Virus record (IMG/VR): IMGVR_UViG_3300023293_000036
Location: 1-39,673 of that record
Length of the DNA stretch: 39,673 bases
Source: a virus
Taxonomy: Duplodnaviria > Caudoviricetes
Strand: one strand, 5' to 3'
Program-made: the position numbers and the translations under genes
The notes under the pieces: model-generated
Told to the model about the DNA's origin: nothing
Database searches by the model: none
What the model saw: only the letters and a program-made list of their open reading frames with translations
Shown: piece by piece, positions 1 through 9,141 of the stretch
Numbering within the stretch: the first letter of the stretch is position 1
How the letters are laid out: each line of letters begins with the position of its first letter

Positions 1-2
1 CT

Positions 3-209
3 AATGACAATGGTGACCCTAAGTATTGTAAGATGCTAGGTCAAAGGGCCTCTGTTATCATTAACTTATCACGAGAGAAGGATGCAGACACTGTAGAGGA
101 ACGAAATACAACATACCTTCGCGTTGAGAAGAACCGACCATGCTCCGAAGAGGGCGCTGCTGGTACAATGCGATTTAACTTAGATACGTTTACATTAAGG
201 GAAGTATAG
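3..209 (+). CDS. T7 gp4-like primase/helicase, C-terminal fragment (5' truncated by window)
   Basis: Manual translation of frame 3: ...QRASVIINLSREKDADTVEERNTTYLRVEKNRP...FNLDTFTLREV*. Resembles the DnaB/gp4 helicase C-terminal motif (LRVxKNR) and lies just upstream of the DNA polymerase. Confidence 0.8.
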   Translation, partial: NDNGDPKYCKMLGQRASVIINLSREKDADTVEERNTTYLRVEKNRPCSEEGAAGTMRFNLDTFTLREV

Positions 210-211
210 GT

Positions 212-475
212 ATGGAAAATTACGATGAGTATGATTACGTAAGCATTGGGTTTGATGATGACCCCAGATTTATAGCGATACATTCCGAGCAGTTGGATGA
301 AATCGACTATGAAGGGGACCAACACCTACACAGTATAGTTTTCTGCATAGAAGATAGAGAATTTTATAAGGTTGGGTGGATTGGCTTTGACGTAGAAGGA
401 AAAATGGCACAGGGTAGTTACATGGTAAAAGTAGAACCTGTTAGCAAAACAACAACAGTTTGGGAGGAGAAGTAG
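212..475 (+). CDS. Hypothetical acidic protein (87 aa)
   Basis: ORF fills the gap between helicase and polymerase; no recognisable motif. Confidence 0.7.
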   Translation: MENYDEYDYVSIGFDDDPRFIAIHSEQLDEIDYEGDQHLHSIVFCIEDREFYKVGWIGFDVEGKMAQGSYMVKVEPVSKTTTVWEEK

Positions 476-480
476 GAATA

Positions 481-2325
481 ATGACAACAGTATTCGACAT
501 TGAAACAGATGGTCTATTAGATGTGTTGACCAAAATTCATGTCATGTCTTGGTCTAATGATATGGGTGAAGTAAAGCACACGCATGACTATGACGAGATG
601 CGCTATGTGTTGCTCAACACAGAAACTCTGGTAGGCCACAACATCATACGCTTTGACATACCTGCGATAGAAAAGGTACTGGGCATAGAGGTAAAGGCTC
701 GTTTGATAGACACCTTAGCTTTATCTTGGTATCTACACCATGACCGCTTGAAGCATGGGCTTGAGGGCTACGGAGAGGACTATGGAGTACCTAAGCCTAA
801 GATTACAGACTGGGACAGCCTAACACCAGAGGAATACGCTCACAGGTGCGATGAGGACGTTAAGATCAACAACCGTCTATGGCGTGACTTAGGTCTTAAG
901 TTAAATAAGCTGTACCAAGACCCAGTTGAGAAGGATCGTTTGATTGATTATCTATCATTCAAGCTAGATTGTGCTAAAGAGCAAGAGGCCCTACAATGGA
1001 AATTGGATGTACCTAAAGCTCAAGCAGCCTACGATGAGATCATACAACTGAAAGAGGAGAAGGTTGAGCAACTGGCAGACGCTATGCCTAAGCGTACCCT
1101 TGAGCGTATGGCAGCAAAGCCAAAGGTCATGCACAAGAAAGACGGAGAGCTATCATCACACGGGGAGAAGTGGGTGTCCCTGTGTAAGGAGTACAAGCAG
1201 TCTGTGACGACAACACAATTTAAGGTTAAGACAGGTGAAGAACGTGGTAACCCTAACTCTAAAGATCAGGTTAAAGAGTGGTTGTATTCTCTGGGTTGGA
1301 AGCCACGTACATATAAATTCGTAAGGGATAAGGTGACTGGTGATGAAAGACAAATTGAACAAGTACGAAAGAACAGCGATCTATGTCAAAGTGTCCGAAG
1401 CCTTGGAAAGGTTGACCCTGCTGTGGATCTTCTTGACGGTCTCACTGTTCTTACTCATAGGGCTGGCATACTTAAATCTTTCCTAGAGTGTCATAAGAAT
1501 GGTTGGCTGCAGGCTGGTGTTGCAGGTCTAACCAATACGTTTAGGTTTAAGCACTATCGACCACTGGTAAATCTACCGGGAGTAGACAAGCCATATGGTG
1601 ATGTAATCCGTGGGTGTCTGACGTGTCCAGAAGGTTATGTGTTAGCTGGTGCTGACATGACATCCTTGGAAGACACAACCAAACGACACTATATGAAACC
1701 ACTAGACCCTGAATACGTGGAGGAGATGAGCCGTGAGGGGTTTGATCCCCACTTAGACTTGGCCCTACACGCTGGTGTCATTACTCAAGACGACATCGAC
1801 AAGCACAATTCTGGGGAGCGTTCACTTAAGGCCCTCCGTAAGAATTACAAGGTAGTTAACTACAGTGCCACTTATGGTGTAGGAGCAGCCAAGCTGTCCC
1901 GTGAGACAGGTATGAAGCAAAAGGAAGCTAAGGCCCTGCTAGAAGCCTTCTGGTCACGTAACTGGGCCATTGAGAGGGTAGCAAGCACACTACGGACAAG
2001 AGAACTGTTTGGAAGTATGTGGCTAAAGAACCCTGTGTCTGGTTTTTGGTACAGTCTACGCAGTGAGAAGGACCGCTTCAGTACACTCAATCAGGGCACC
2101 GGGGTGTTCTGCTTTGACACTTGGGTTAAGGAATGTCGCGGCATGGGCTTACAGACTATCGGTCAATTCCACGATGAGATTATCGTTATAACCAAAGAGG
2201 GGGACGAAGATAAAACAGAAAACATCATGTCTATGGGGATCAACAACGTGAACCGTGAGATAAATCTAAACGTACCACTAGGAACAGATGTACAGTTTGG
2301 CAATACTTACGCAGATATTCACTAG
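481..2325 (+). CDS. polA: Family A DNA polymerase with 3'-5' exonuclease domain
   Basis: Exo I FDIETDG, Exo II GHNIIRFD, Exo III RCDEDV; motif A GADMTSLE, motif B RKNYKVVNYSATYG (Tyr at the E. coli 762-equivalent position), motif C FHDEII. Start moved to ATG 481 after AGGA. Confidence 0.96.
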   Translation: MTTVFDIETDGLLDVLTKIHVMSWSNDMGEVKHTHDYDEMRYVLLNTETLVGHNIIRFDIPAIEKVLGIEVKARLIDTLALSWYLHHDRLKHGLEGYGEDYGVPKPKITDWDSLTPEEYAHRCDEDVKINNRLWRDLGLKLNKLYQDPVEKDRLIDYLSFKLDCAKEQEALQWKLDVPKAQAAYDEIIQLKEEKVEQLADAMPKRTLERMAAKPKVMHKKDGELSSHGEKWVSLCKEYKQSVTTTQFKVKTGEERGNPNSKDQVKEWLYSLGWKPRTYKFVRDKVTGDERQIEQVRKNSDLCQSVRSLGKVDPAVDLLDGLTVLTHRAGILKSFLECHKNGWLQAGVAGLTNTFRFKHYRPLVNLPGVDKPYGDVIRGCLTCPEGYVLAGADMTSLEDTTKRHYMKPLDPEYVEEMSREGFDPHLDLALHAGVITQDDIDKHNSGERSLKALRKNYKVVNYSATYGVGAAKLSRETGMKQKEAKALLEAFWSRNWAIERVASTLRTRELFGSMWLKNPVSGFWYSLRSEKDRFSTLNQGTGVFCFDTWVKECRGMGLQTIGQFHDEIIVITKEGDEDKTENIMSMGINNVNREINLNVPLGTDVQFGNTYADIH

Positions 2326-2348
2326 ACTAAAATAAATGCCTACGACTG

Positions 2349-2381
2349 CTTGCGAAAAACGCAAATAAGTGTATATAGTAT
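2349..2381 (+). promoter_or_regulatory. Putative promoter TTGCGA-N18-TATAGT upstream of the SSB-like gene
   Basis: Intergenic; 28/33 identical to the element at 35421-35453 (- strand) upstream of terS. Confidence 0.65.
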
Positions 2382-2413
2382 TATACGGAAACAGTGAAAA
2401 GGAAGTACCCGAC

Positions 2414-3001
2414 ATGGCCACAAATACAAAAACTTATGTAATGGAAATGGTTCTTGAGTACGCAAATGTATTCAAGGAAAATGCAGACTACGGTGATCCA
2501 GAATCCAATCAGAAGTGGTTGCGTGAATTATCTAAGAGTGGGGGTCAAACAGCAGTGAATGTTTACTTTACCTCAGAGGGTCAGATTACACAACTCTTGG
2601 AAACTGGTTATGAGCGTATGGCGACAAACCCTAATACAGGACAACAGGTTGACACAATCAAAGTGGGCAACTCTGAGTTTGGTATTGGGCAGTACATCCA
2701 GTTGAAGCGTAAAGTAAAGGACGTACGAGAGTACAAAGACTATAAGACCGGGGAGTTTAAAGAGGTAGACTTTGGTGGTTTCCCCGGTGTTGTTGACTTA
2801 ACGGAGGGCGAAGAGAACAAACGACTGTGGAGCTACGAAGATGATGGACAACTAGGTCACGGTACACGATCCTATGTTGAGTTTGAGGTTTACAAGGGGG
2901 TTTCTCGCAGGTTGAATAATTTGGCTATTACAAACCATATTGCCTACGAGGAAAGTGCAACAGTGGAAGGGTTGAGTATGTTTAAGGTGGATGCCGCATG
3001 A
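2414..3001 (+). CDS. Putative single-stranded DNA-binding protein
   Basis: Acidic 195 aa protein between polA and the exonuclease, the gp2.5-like position in T7/SIO1-type replication modules. AAGGAA RBS before ATG 2414. Confidence 0.5.
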   Translation: MATNTKTYVMEMVLEYANVFKENADYGDPESNQKWLRELSKSGGQTAVNVYFTSEGQITQLLETGYERMATNPNTGQQVDTIKVGNSEFGIGQYIQLKRKVKDVREYKDYKTGEFKEVDFGGFPGVVDLTEGEENKRLWSYEDDGQLGHGTRSYVEFEVYKGVSRRLNNLAITNHIAYEESATVEGLSMFKVDAA

Positions 3002-3198
3002 AACTAACTATTACTTTTGAGCATGACAGTGAAGAGGACGGTTTCGAGGGAAGCACAACATTGGTTCGATATGAGGTTGACGACCTATATGCTCTAGGTA
3101 AGGCGTATGCTGATGCTGCTAGGGCTGGGGGGTTTACCTATGTAGAAGATGTTGCCTTCGAGAAGGATGATGGTAAAATGGTCTTTGGGGACTTTTGA
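2998..3198 (+). CDS. Hypothetical protein (66 aa)
   Basis: ATGA overlap with the upstream stop and overlap with the next gene's start. Confidence 0.75.
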   Translation: MKLTITFEHDSEEDGFEGSTTLVRYEVDDLYALGKAYADAARAGGFTYVEDVAFEKDDGKMVFGDF

Positions 3199-3917
3199 TG
3201 GGCAGGGGCAAAGTTCTTATAGACGGTGATATCATAGCTTACCGTGCAGCCTTTGCTACCCAAGGTGACTTACCAAAAGATGCGGAGGATAAGGTAGATA
3301 GTCTTATGAATTACATACTAGATGAGACTATTGAACTTCCCTTCCCGTCTAAGTTTGAATATCAGACATACCTAACTGGAAAGACAAACTTTAGGTTTGA
3401 TGTTGCTAAGTCCTACCCCTACAAGGGAAATAGGAAGTCAGCAGAAAAACCTAAGTACCTCGGCGTAACAAGAGATCGCATGGTTGATAGGTATAGGGCT
3501 ATAATAAGTGTCAACGAGGAAGCTGATGACCTTATCTCTAAGGCTGCTGCGGAGTTAAACTATGACTGTGTGGTTGCATCTATTGATAAGGACATGCTGC
3601 AAATACCTTGTTGGCACTTTAACTTCAATAAGGGTGAGTGGACAAAGGTAGATGAGTGGTCGGGGACTAAGTTCTTCTACACTCAAATACTTACGGGTGA
3701 CGCTGCTGATAACATTAAGGGGCTGAGTGGCATTGGCCCTGTAAAAGCAAAGAAGATTTTAGCAGTGTGTGACACAGAGGGTAGCTTATGGGAAGCCTGT
3801 GTGAAAGCATATGACGGTGATACAGAGCGCATCATTGAAAACGCTAGGTTACTCTGGCTACGAAGAGAAGAGGAGGAACTGTGGCAACCACCAGTGAGCG
3901 TAGGCAACACGCAATAA
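3195..3917 (+). CDS. 5'-3' exonuclease (T7 gp6/FEN-like)
   Basis: LIDGDII, EEADD, SIDKDMLQ, and the GDAADNIKGLSGIGPVKA H3TH motif. Confidence 0.93.
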   Translation: MMGRGKVLIDGDIIAYRAAFATQGDLPKDAEDKVDSLMNYILDETIELPFPSKFEYQTYLTGKTNFRFDVAKSYPYKGNRKSAEKPKYLGVTRDRMVDRYRAIISVNEEADDLISKAAAELNYDCVVASIDKDMLQIPCWHFNFNKGEWTKVDEWSGTKFFYTQILTGDAADNIKGLSGIGPVKAKKILAVCDTEGSLWEACVKAYDGDTERIIENARLLWLRREEEELWQPPVSVGNTQ

Positions 3918-4276
3918 GGAATGGCTACAGATCGGGGCTTGAGGATGATATCTCCGTTGACTTAAAGGAACGGGGTGTAAGTTTTAAGTATGAGACGTTA
4001 AAGATTAAGTGGACTTTACTTGAGAATAAGACTTACACCCCAGACTTTATATTACCTAATGGTATTATAGTTGAGTCCAAGGGGAGGTTTGTTAGCGATG
4101 ATCGTAAGAAGCACTTGAAGGTCAGGGAGCAACACCCTAACTTAGACATAAGATTTGTCTTTAGTAACTCTAGGGGTAAGTTAAGTAAAGGTGCTAAGTC
4201 AACATATGGTGAGTGGTGCAATAAGCATGGGTTCATCTACGCAGATAAAAGGATACCCGACGAATGGTTGAAGTAA
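3881..4276 (+). CDS. Endonuclease I / Holliday junction resolvase (T7 gp3-like)
   Basis: YRSGLE, YTPDFILPNGIIVESKGRF, HPNLDIRFVFS, YGEWCNKHGF; AGGAGG before GTG. Confidence 0.95.
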   Translation: MATTSERRQHAIRNGYRSGLEDDISVDLKERGVSFKYETLKIKWTLLENKTYTPDFILPNGIIVESKGRFVSDDRKKHLKVREQHPNLDIRFVFSNSRGKLSKGAKSTYGEWCNKHGFIYADKRIPDEWLK

Positions 4277-4386
4277 ATAGTTTGTTAACTAAATTAAAGA
4301 AGCTCAGTAAAGAGCAGCTTAAAGAGGTGGAGTTTCATTTGTGGGCAACTATCAGTGAACTAGAGTTGGAGGCAGCAGATGGGTAA
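4264..4386 (+). CDS. Small hypothetical protein (40 aa, below ORF-track cutoff)
   Basis: MVEVNSLLTKLKKLSKEQLKEVEFHLWATISELELEAADG*; fills the gap and overlaps both neighbours. Confidence 0.55.
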   Translation: MVEVNSLLTKLKKLSKEQLKEVEFHLWATISELELEAADG

Positions 4387-5158
4387 AACAGTAGTGGTTT
4401 ATAGTTGCGCTCACGTAGACCCTTCAGTGGGAAATGAGCGTTTCAACTGGTTGGGGGAGTTCTTGTACGATCTTAAACCTGACTATGTTGTAGATTTGGG
4501 TGATGGCGCTGATATGCGGTCTTTAAATACATTTGACACTCGTTACCCAGAGGCAATCGTAAGTCAGAGTTATGAGCAAGATATTGAGCATTACAATGAT
4601 GCACAAGAACGTATCAGGTGGAAGTTCAGACACCACAAGCGTAAGCGTCCAGCTTACATAGGATTTGAGGGTAACCATGAAAATAGAATTAAAAAAGCTC
4701 TTAAACACGATCCTCGCCTCGAAGGATCAAAGTATGGCATATCTTTCGGGCATCTCCAGACAGACCGATGGTTCGACGAATACCACGAGTACGAACACTC
4801 CGCTCCATCGGTTGCTGATTACGATGGGGTCTCGTATGCTCATTACTTTAGTAGTGGTAACTTTGGGTCTGCTATGTCTGGTATGCATCATGCTAATGGG
4901 TTACTGGCTCACCGCCATCATAGTAGCACTTGTGGTCATAGCCATAAACGTGACCTTAAGTTTAAGGACTCTTCTCACCCTAGAGGAGTTATTGGTCTTG
5001 TCGCGGGGTGCTACAAAGGTGCAGCGGAAAGCTGGGCAGGTCAAGCCAACAAAGAGTGGTGGTCTGGCATAGTTGTTAAACGAGAAGTGGAGGACGGGAT
5101 GTACGATCCAGAGTTTATTTCTATTAACCGACTGAAGGGAATGTATGGGCAAGCGTAG
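4379..5158 (+). CDS. Calcineurin-like metallophosphoesterase
   Basis: SCAH (DxH position), DLGDGAD, EGNHE and GHSH motifs. Confidence 0.85.
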   Translation: MGKTVVVYSCAHVDPSVGNERFNWLGEFLYDLKPDYVVDLGDGADMRSLNTFDTRYPEAIVSQSYEQDIEHYNDAQERIRWKFRHHKRKRPAYIGFEGNHENRIKKALKHDPRLEGSKYGISFGHLQTDRWFDEYHEYEHSAPSVADYDGVSYAHYFSSGNFGSAMSGMHHANGLLAHRHHSSTCGHSHKRDLKFKDSSHPRGVIGLVAGCYKGAAESWAGQANKEWWSGIVVKREVEDGMYDPEFISINRLKGMYGQA

Positions 5159-5690
5159 TGACTTCGAAAGAGTACCAAGGGACTACTACCCAACACCGAT
5201 AGAAGCTGTAGAACCCCTGATGCCGCACTTACCTTACGCATTTGATTATGCAGAACCTTGTGCGGGAGACGGGAGACTAATAGAACATATCAGTAAGTTA
5301 TCTGATGGTCATGGGGAGTGTTTATATGCTTGTGATATTGAACCAAGACATCCTTTTGTATACAAGCATGATGCTCTTGACATTAGCTTTGGTGAGTATG
5401 GGGCGATAGATTTCTGTATAACAAACCCACCTTGGGACAGAAAGATATTACACCCCATGATAGAGATATGGATGCAGATATGTCCAACTTGGTTACTGTT
5501 TGATGCAGATTGGATGCACACTAAGCAGTCAGCTATTCTTATGTCGTACTGTCAGAAGGTTGTTAGTGTAGGCAGGGTCAAGTGGATAGAGGGTAGTAAG
5601 AGCGTGGGAAAAGATAACTGTGCGTGGTATCTATTCGACATAATGAAAGAGCCACATTCAACAACAGAATTTTGCGGGAGAACAGCATGA
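5145..5690 (+). CDS. Orphan DNA N6-adenine methyltransferase
   Basis: DYYPTP, SAM-binding EPCAGDG, catalytic ITNPPW. Confidence 0.85.
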   Translation: MGKRSDFERVPRDYYPTPIEAVEPLMPHLPYAFDYAEPCAGDGRLIEHISKLSDGHGECLYACDIEPRHPFVYKHDALDISFGEYGAIDFCITNPPWDRKILHPMIEIWMQICPTWLLFDADWMHTKQSAILMSYCQKVVSVGRVKWIEGSKSVGKDNCAWYLFDIMKEPHSTTEFCGRTA

Positions 5691-6043
5691 TTACTCAAGA
5701 GGACATTGATGCCTTTAGCATCGTAAACGTGACACCAATGGAGTATTCTTATTGGGTTGAGGGTAAGGTCACTGCGGAAGATAAAGTCCGTCTAGTGGAA
5801 AATACCTTAGGTCTTGTAGGAGAGGCTGGAGAGGTAGCTGAGAAGGTAAAGAAGTACCTCCGTGACAACACGGAGGTTAGCCAGAAAGATATCGTCAAGG
5901 AGTTGGGTGACGTCCTGTTCTACACGACAGCTTTGGCTAACTACTTCTACAGTAACTTACCAGAGGTAATGGAAGTTAACATGGACAAACTAAATGATCG
6001 TGCCAAACGGGGTGTGATTAGTGGATCAGGGGATAACCGATGA
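5687..6043 (+). CDS. mazG: MazG-like nucleoside triphosphate pyrophosphohydrolase
   Basis: LGLVGEAGEVAEKVKK and KELGDVLFY (ExxE...ExxD). Start ATG 5687 overlaps the MTase stop (ATGA). Confidence 0.88.
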   Translation: MITQEDIDAFSIVNVTPMEYSYWVEGKVTAEDKVRLVENTLGLVGEAGEVAEKVKKYLRDNTEVSQKDIVKELGDVLFYTTALANYFYSNLPEVMEVNMDKLNDRAKRGVISGSGDNR

Positions 6044-7947
6044 GCAGTAACCACCTACCAACAGACTACCAGTCGTTCATCCACAAGTCACGGTACGCAC
6101 GTTGGCTTGATAAAGAGGGACGCCGTGAGACTTGGCAAGAGACTGTCAGTAGATACATGGATAATATCGTCAAGCCTGTGGCTGGTGAAAACAGTTACAT
6201 TAAGCAGATCGAAGAGGCTATCCTATCTCTGGACGTAATGCCATCTATGCGCTCTCTTATGACAGCAGGCCCAGCAGCCCTCCGTGACAATACTGCTATG
6301 TACAACTGCAGTTACCTTGCAGTTAAGAATATCAAGAGCTTTGACCAAGCTATGTTTATCTTGTTGTGTGGCACAGGTGTAGGGTTCTCAGTTGAACGAC
6401 AGTACGTCAATAAGCTGCCAGAGGTTCCAGACCAGATGTTTAGCAGTGAGACAACAATCGTTGTTAAAGACAGTAAGGAGGGTTGGGCTAAGTCACTACG
6501 TCAGTTGATTGCACTTTTGTACAGTGGGGAGGTTCCCCGATGGGATGTGTCTAAGGTTCGTCCTGCTGGTGCTAGGCTCAAGACATTCGGTGGTAGAGCA
6601 TCAGGCCCTGCACCCCTTATCGACTTGTTTAACTTTGTGATCCACACGTTCAAGGTAGCTACAGGTCGTAAGCTGTCGTCTATTGAGTGTCACGACATCA
6701 TGTGTAAGATTGGTGAGGTGGTAGTGGTTGGTGGTGTTCGTAGGTCAGCCATGATCTCTCTGAGTAACCTGTCAGATGATCGTATGCGTCACGCTAAGTC
6801 AGGTGCATGGTGGGACAACGATCCACAACGGGCTTTGGCTAACAACTCTGTAAGCTACACTGAGAAGCCAGACAGCATCTCATTCATGCGTGAGTGGCAA
6901 GCCCTAGTGGAAAGTGGTAGTGGTGAACGGGGTATCTTTAACCGTCAGGCAGCTAAGGTACAGGCAGCAAAGAACGGACGCCGTAATGCAGATCAAGACT
7001 TTGGCACGAATCCTTGCAGCGAAATAATTTTACGTGATTCCCAGTTCTGCAACCTAACAGAGTGCGTTATCCGTGCTACCGATACTATCGAAGACTTAGA
7101 ACGTAAGGTAAAACTTGCTACCATCTTGGGTACTATCCAAAGTACCTACACTCACTTTCCATATCTTTCTAAAGAGTGGAAGGACAATACAGAAGAAGAA
7201 CGCTTGTTGGGGGTTAGCCTCACGGGTATTATGGACAATCCGCTAATGACCATCAAGAACGATGGGTTAGCTAAAACATTGGAGCATCTTAAAAATGTCG
7301 CTATCAATACTAATGCTGAATGGGCTGAGTTGCTCAGTATCCCTGTTGCTACTGCTATCACTTGTGTCAAACCTAGTGGCACTGTCTCCCAACTTGTTGA
7401 TTCTAGCAGTGGTATACACGCTCGTCACAGCCCTTATTACATTCGCACGGTGCGTGGAGATATTAAAGACCCGCTGACGAACTTCCTAAAGGATCGTGGC
7501 ATACCAAACCAACCTTGTGTTATGAAGCCTAATACTACAGTGGTGTTTAGTTTCCCACAGAAGGCTCCAGACAAGGCAGTAGTGACCGCTGATATGACTG
7601 CCATAGAGCAGCTAGAGATGTGGTTAGCCTACCAGAGGAATTGGTGTGAGCATAAGCCCTCCGTGACAATTAACGTGAGGTCTGATGAGTGGTTTGAAGT
7701 GGGTGCTTTCGTGTACAAGCACTTTGATGAGATGTCAGGTGTGTCGTTCCTACCGTACAACGAACATACGTATCAACAGGCACCATATCAGGAGTGTGGT
7801 AAGTCGGACTACAACACGCTCAAGTCACTTATGCCATCAAGCCTAAACTGGGAGGAGCTTGCAGATTACGAACAGGAAGATAATACGGCAGGAAGTCAGA
7901 CGTTAGCTTGTTCTGGGGATAGCTGTGAGATTGTAGACCTAGTGTAG
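6040..7947 (+). CDS. nrdJ: Class II (B12-dependent) ribonucleotide reductase
   Basis: MPSMR, YNCS, GTGVGFS, VVVGGVRRSA, TNPCSE, CVKPSGTVSQL, C-terminal CSGDSC; no beta subunit gene nearby. Confidence 0.95.
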   Translation: MSSNHLPTDYQSFIHKSRYARWLDKEGRRETWQETVSRYMDNIVKPVAGENSYIKQIEEAILSLDVMPSMRSLMTAGPAALRDNTAMYNCSYLAVKNIKSFDQAMFILLCGTGVGFSVERQYVNKLPEVPDQMFSSETTIVVKDSKEGWAKSLRQLIALLYSGEVPRWDVSKVRPAGARLKTFGGRASGPAPLIDLFNFVIHTFKVATGRKLSSIECHDIMCKIGEVVVVGGVRRSAMISLSNLSDDRMRHAKSGAWWDNDPQRALANNSVSYTEKPDSISFMREWQALVESGSGERGIFNRQAAKVQAAKNGRRNADQDFGTNPCSEIILRDSQFCNLTECVIRATDTIEDLERKVKLATILGTIQSTYTHFPYLSKEWKDNTEEERLLGVSLTGIMDNPLMTIKNDGLAKTLEHLKNVAINTNAEWAELLSIPVATAITCVKPSGTVSQLVDSSSGIHARHSPYYIRTVRGDIKDPLTNFLKDRGIPNQPCVMKPNTTVVFSFPQKAPDKAVVTADMTAIEQLEMWLAYQRNWCEHKPSVTINVRSDEWFEVGAFVYKHFDEMSGVSFLPYNEHTYQQAPYQECGKSDYNTLKSLMPSSLNWEELADYEQEDNTAGSQTLACSGDSCEIVDLV

Positions 7948-7952
7948 CCCTT

Positions 7953-7979
7953 AACACCTTAGCATGTGTTTAAACTGCT
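7953..7979 (+). ncRNA. Compact H-type pseudoknot candidate in the nrdJ-glutaredoxin spacer
   Basis: AACAC(7953-57)/GUGUU(7966-70) crossed with AGCA(7961-64)/UGCU(7976-79). Confidence 0.4.
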
Positions 7980-8000
7980 TAAATAACCTTAGGAGATATA

Positions 8001-8237
8001 ATGTACACCATAATAACCCGTGACCAATGCAGCTTTTGTGATGTAGCTAAGGCCATACTAAAGAGTAAGGGACTGCCTTATGTAGAATACAACGTACACT
8101 CCCCAAGTTCTAGGTGGATATTAACCTTACTAAAGAAGACAAGCAACCCTACCGTCCCTCAGATATTTGACCCTTCAGGTGTTCTGATTGGCGGCTGTAC
8201 ACAGCTTCAAAAGTTACTAGAGGGGGAAGACCGTTAA
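8001..8237 (+). CDS. Glutaredoxin
   Basis: CSFC active site, TVPQIF and IGG motifs; adjacent to RNR; AGGAG RBS. Confidence 0.9.
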   Translation: MYTIITRDQCSFCDVAKAILKSKGLPYVEYNVHSPSSRWILTLLKKTSNPTVPQIFDPSGVLIGGCTQLQKLLEGEDR

Positions 8238-8941
8238 TGGAAGACTTCCCTGAGAAGCCTAGTCGTACTAGACGCAAGACTACCTACAAGGGTGCTGAGA
8301 AGAAGGCTACATCTGGACTTATCGCTAAGACAACTAAGCAAGGGGATCTTATTGAAGCCTTACAAAGTAGTCGTCAGGTCTTTATCCTTGGCCCTGCTGG
8401 AACTGGTAAGACATATGTTACAGCAACGTATGCTGCTGATCTGTACACGACAAAGCAGATTGATAAGATCGTTATAACAAGGCCCCACGTACCTGTAGGC
8501 AGAGACTTAGGTTTCTTGAAGGGTGATTTAACTGAGAAGACTATGCCTTGGGCATTACCTGTATTAGATGTATTGGAGAAACACCTTGGGAAAGGTACAG
8601 TGGAAACGGGGATCAAGAATGGCAACATTGAAATGGCTCCTTTGGCTCTTATGCGTGGGCGTAGCTTCGATAATGCCTTCATAATTGTAGATGAAACACA
8701 GAACATAACTACCCATGAGTTAAAGATGATCCTGACTAGGGTAGGAGAGGGAACTACTATCGTGCTTAATGGGGATGTGCAGCAGTCAGATCTTAAAGAA
8801 GCTGATGGTCTATCAAAGATTATTCACTTGGCTAAGAAGTATATGCTGCCAGTTCCAATTATTGAGTTTGGTGTTGACGACATCATCAGATCTGACATCA
8901 CAGCAATGTGGGTTAAGACATTTATGAAGGAGGGCATATGA
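8237..8941 (+). CDS. phoH: PhoH-like ATPase
   Basis: GPAGTGKT Walker A, LGFLKG, MRGRSF, IIVDETQN, GDVQQSD. Confidence 0.95.
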   Translation: MEDFPEKPSRTRRKTTYKGAEKKATSGLIAKTTKQGDLIEALQSSRQVFILGPAGTGKTYVTATYAADLYTTKQIDKIVITRPHVPVGRDLGFLKGDLTEKTMPWALPVLDVLEKHLGKGTVETGIKNGNIEMAPLALMRGRSFDNAFIIVDETQNITTHELKMILTRVGEGTTIVLNGDVQQSDLKEADGLSKIIHLAKKYMLPVPIIEFGVDDIIRSDITAMWVKTFMKEGI

Positions 8942-9081
8942 TGACACTGTTTGAAGGGTTACTCTTGTGCAATATCCTGATATCATCTTGGGTGACGTAC
9001 ACACTGGGGAAGGTTAAGGGTGACATAGAGATACTATACGAGGGGTTAGCCCTCACGATGGAAAAAAAGAGTATAAAATAG
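8938..9081 (+). CDS. Small membrane protein (47 aa)
   Basis: MMTLFEGLLLCNILISSWVTYTLGKVKGDIEILYEGLALTMEKKSIK*; ATGA overlap, GGAGG RBS, ends at the terminator. Confidence 0.6.
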   Translation: MMTLFEGLLLCNILISSWVTYTLGKVKGDIEILYEGLALTMEKKSIK

Positions 9082-9124
9082 AAAAAGCCGTAGGCGTCCA
9101 CTCAAGGATACCTACGGCTTTTTT
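9082..9124. terminator. Bidirectional intrinsic terminator between the convergent arms
   Basis: AAAAAGCCGTAGG...CCTACGGCTTTTTT inverted repeat with A-tract and T-tract flanks. Confidence 0.9.
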
Positions 9125-9141
9125 GTGTCTTGTTGTAGTGC

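Noticed and set aside
4379-6043. Z-genome (2-aminoadenine) or 7-deazaguanine modification cluster
   Set aside because: No PurZ, DatZ (HD domain), DpdA, FolE or QueC/D/E-like ORFs seen. MazG plus a phosphoesterase is not sufficient.
481-7947. Inteins or introns in polA or nrdJ
   Set aside because: Both ORFs are continuous, of normal length, and lack splicing or LAGLIDADG motifs.
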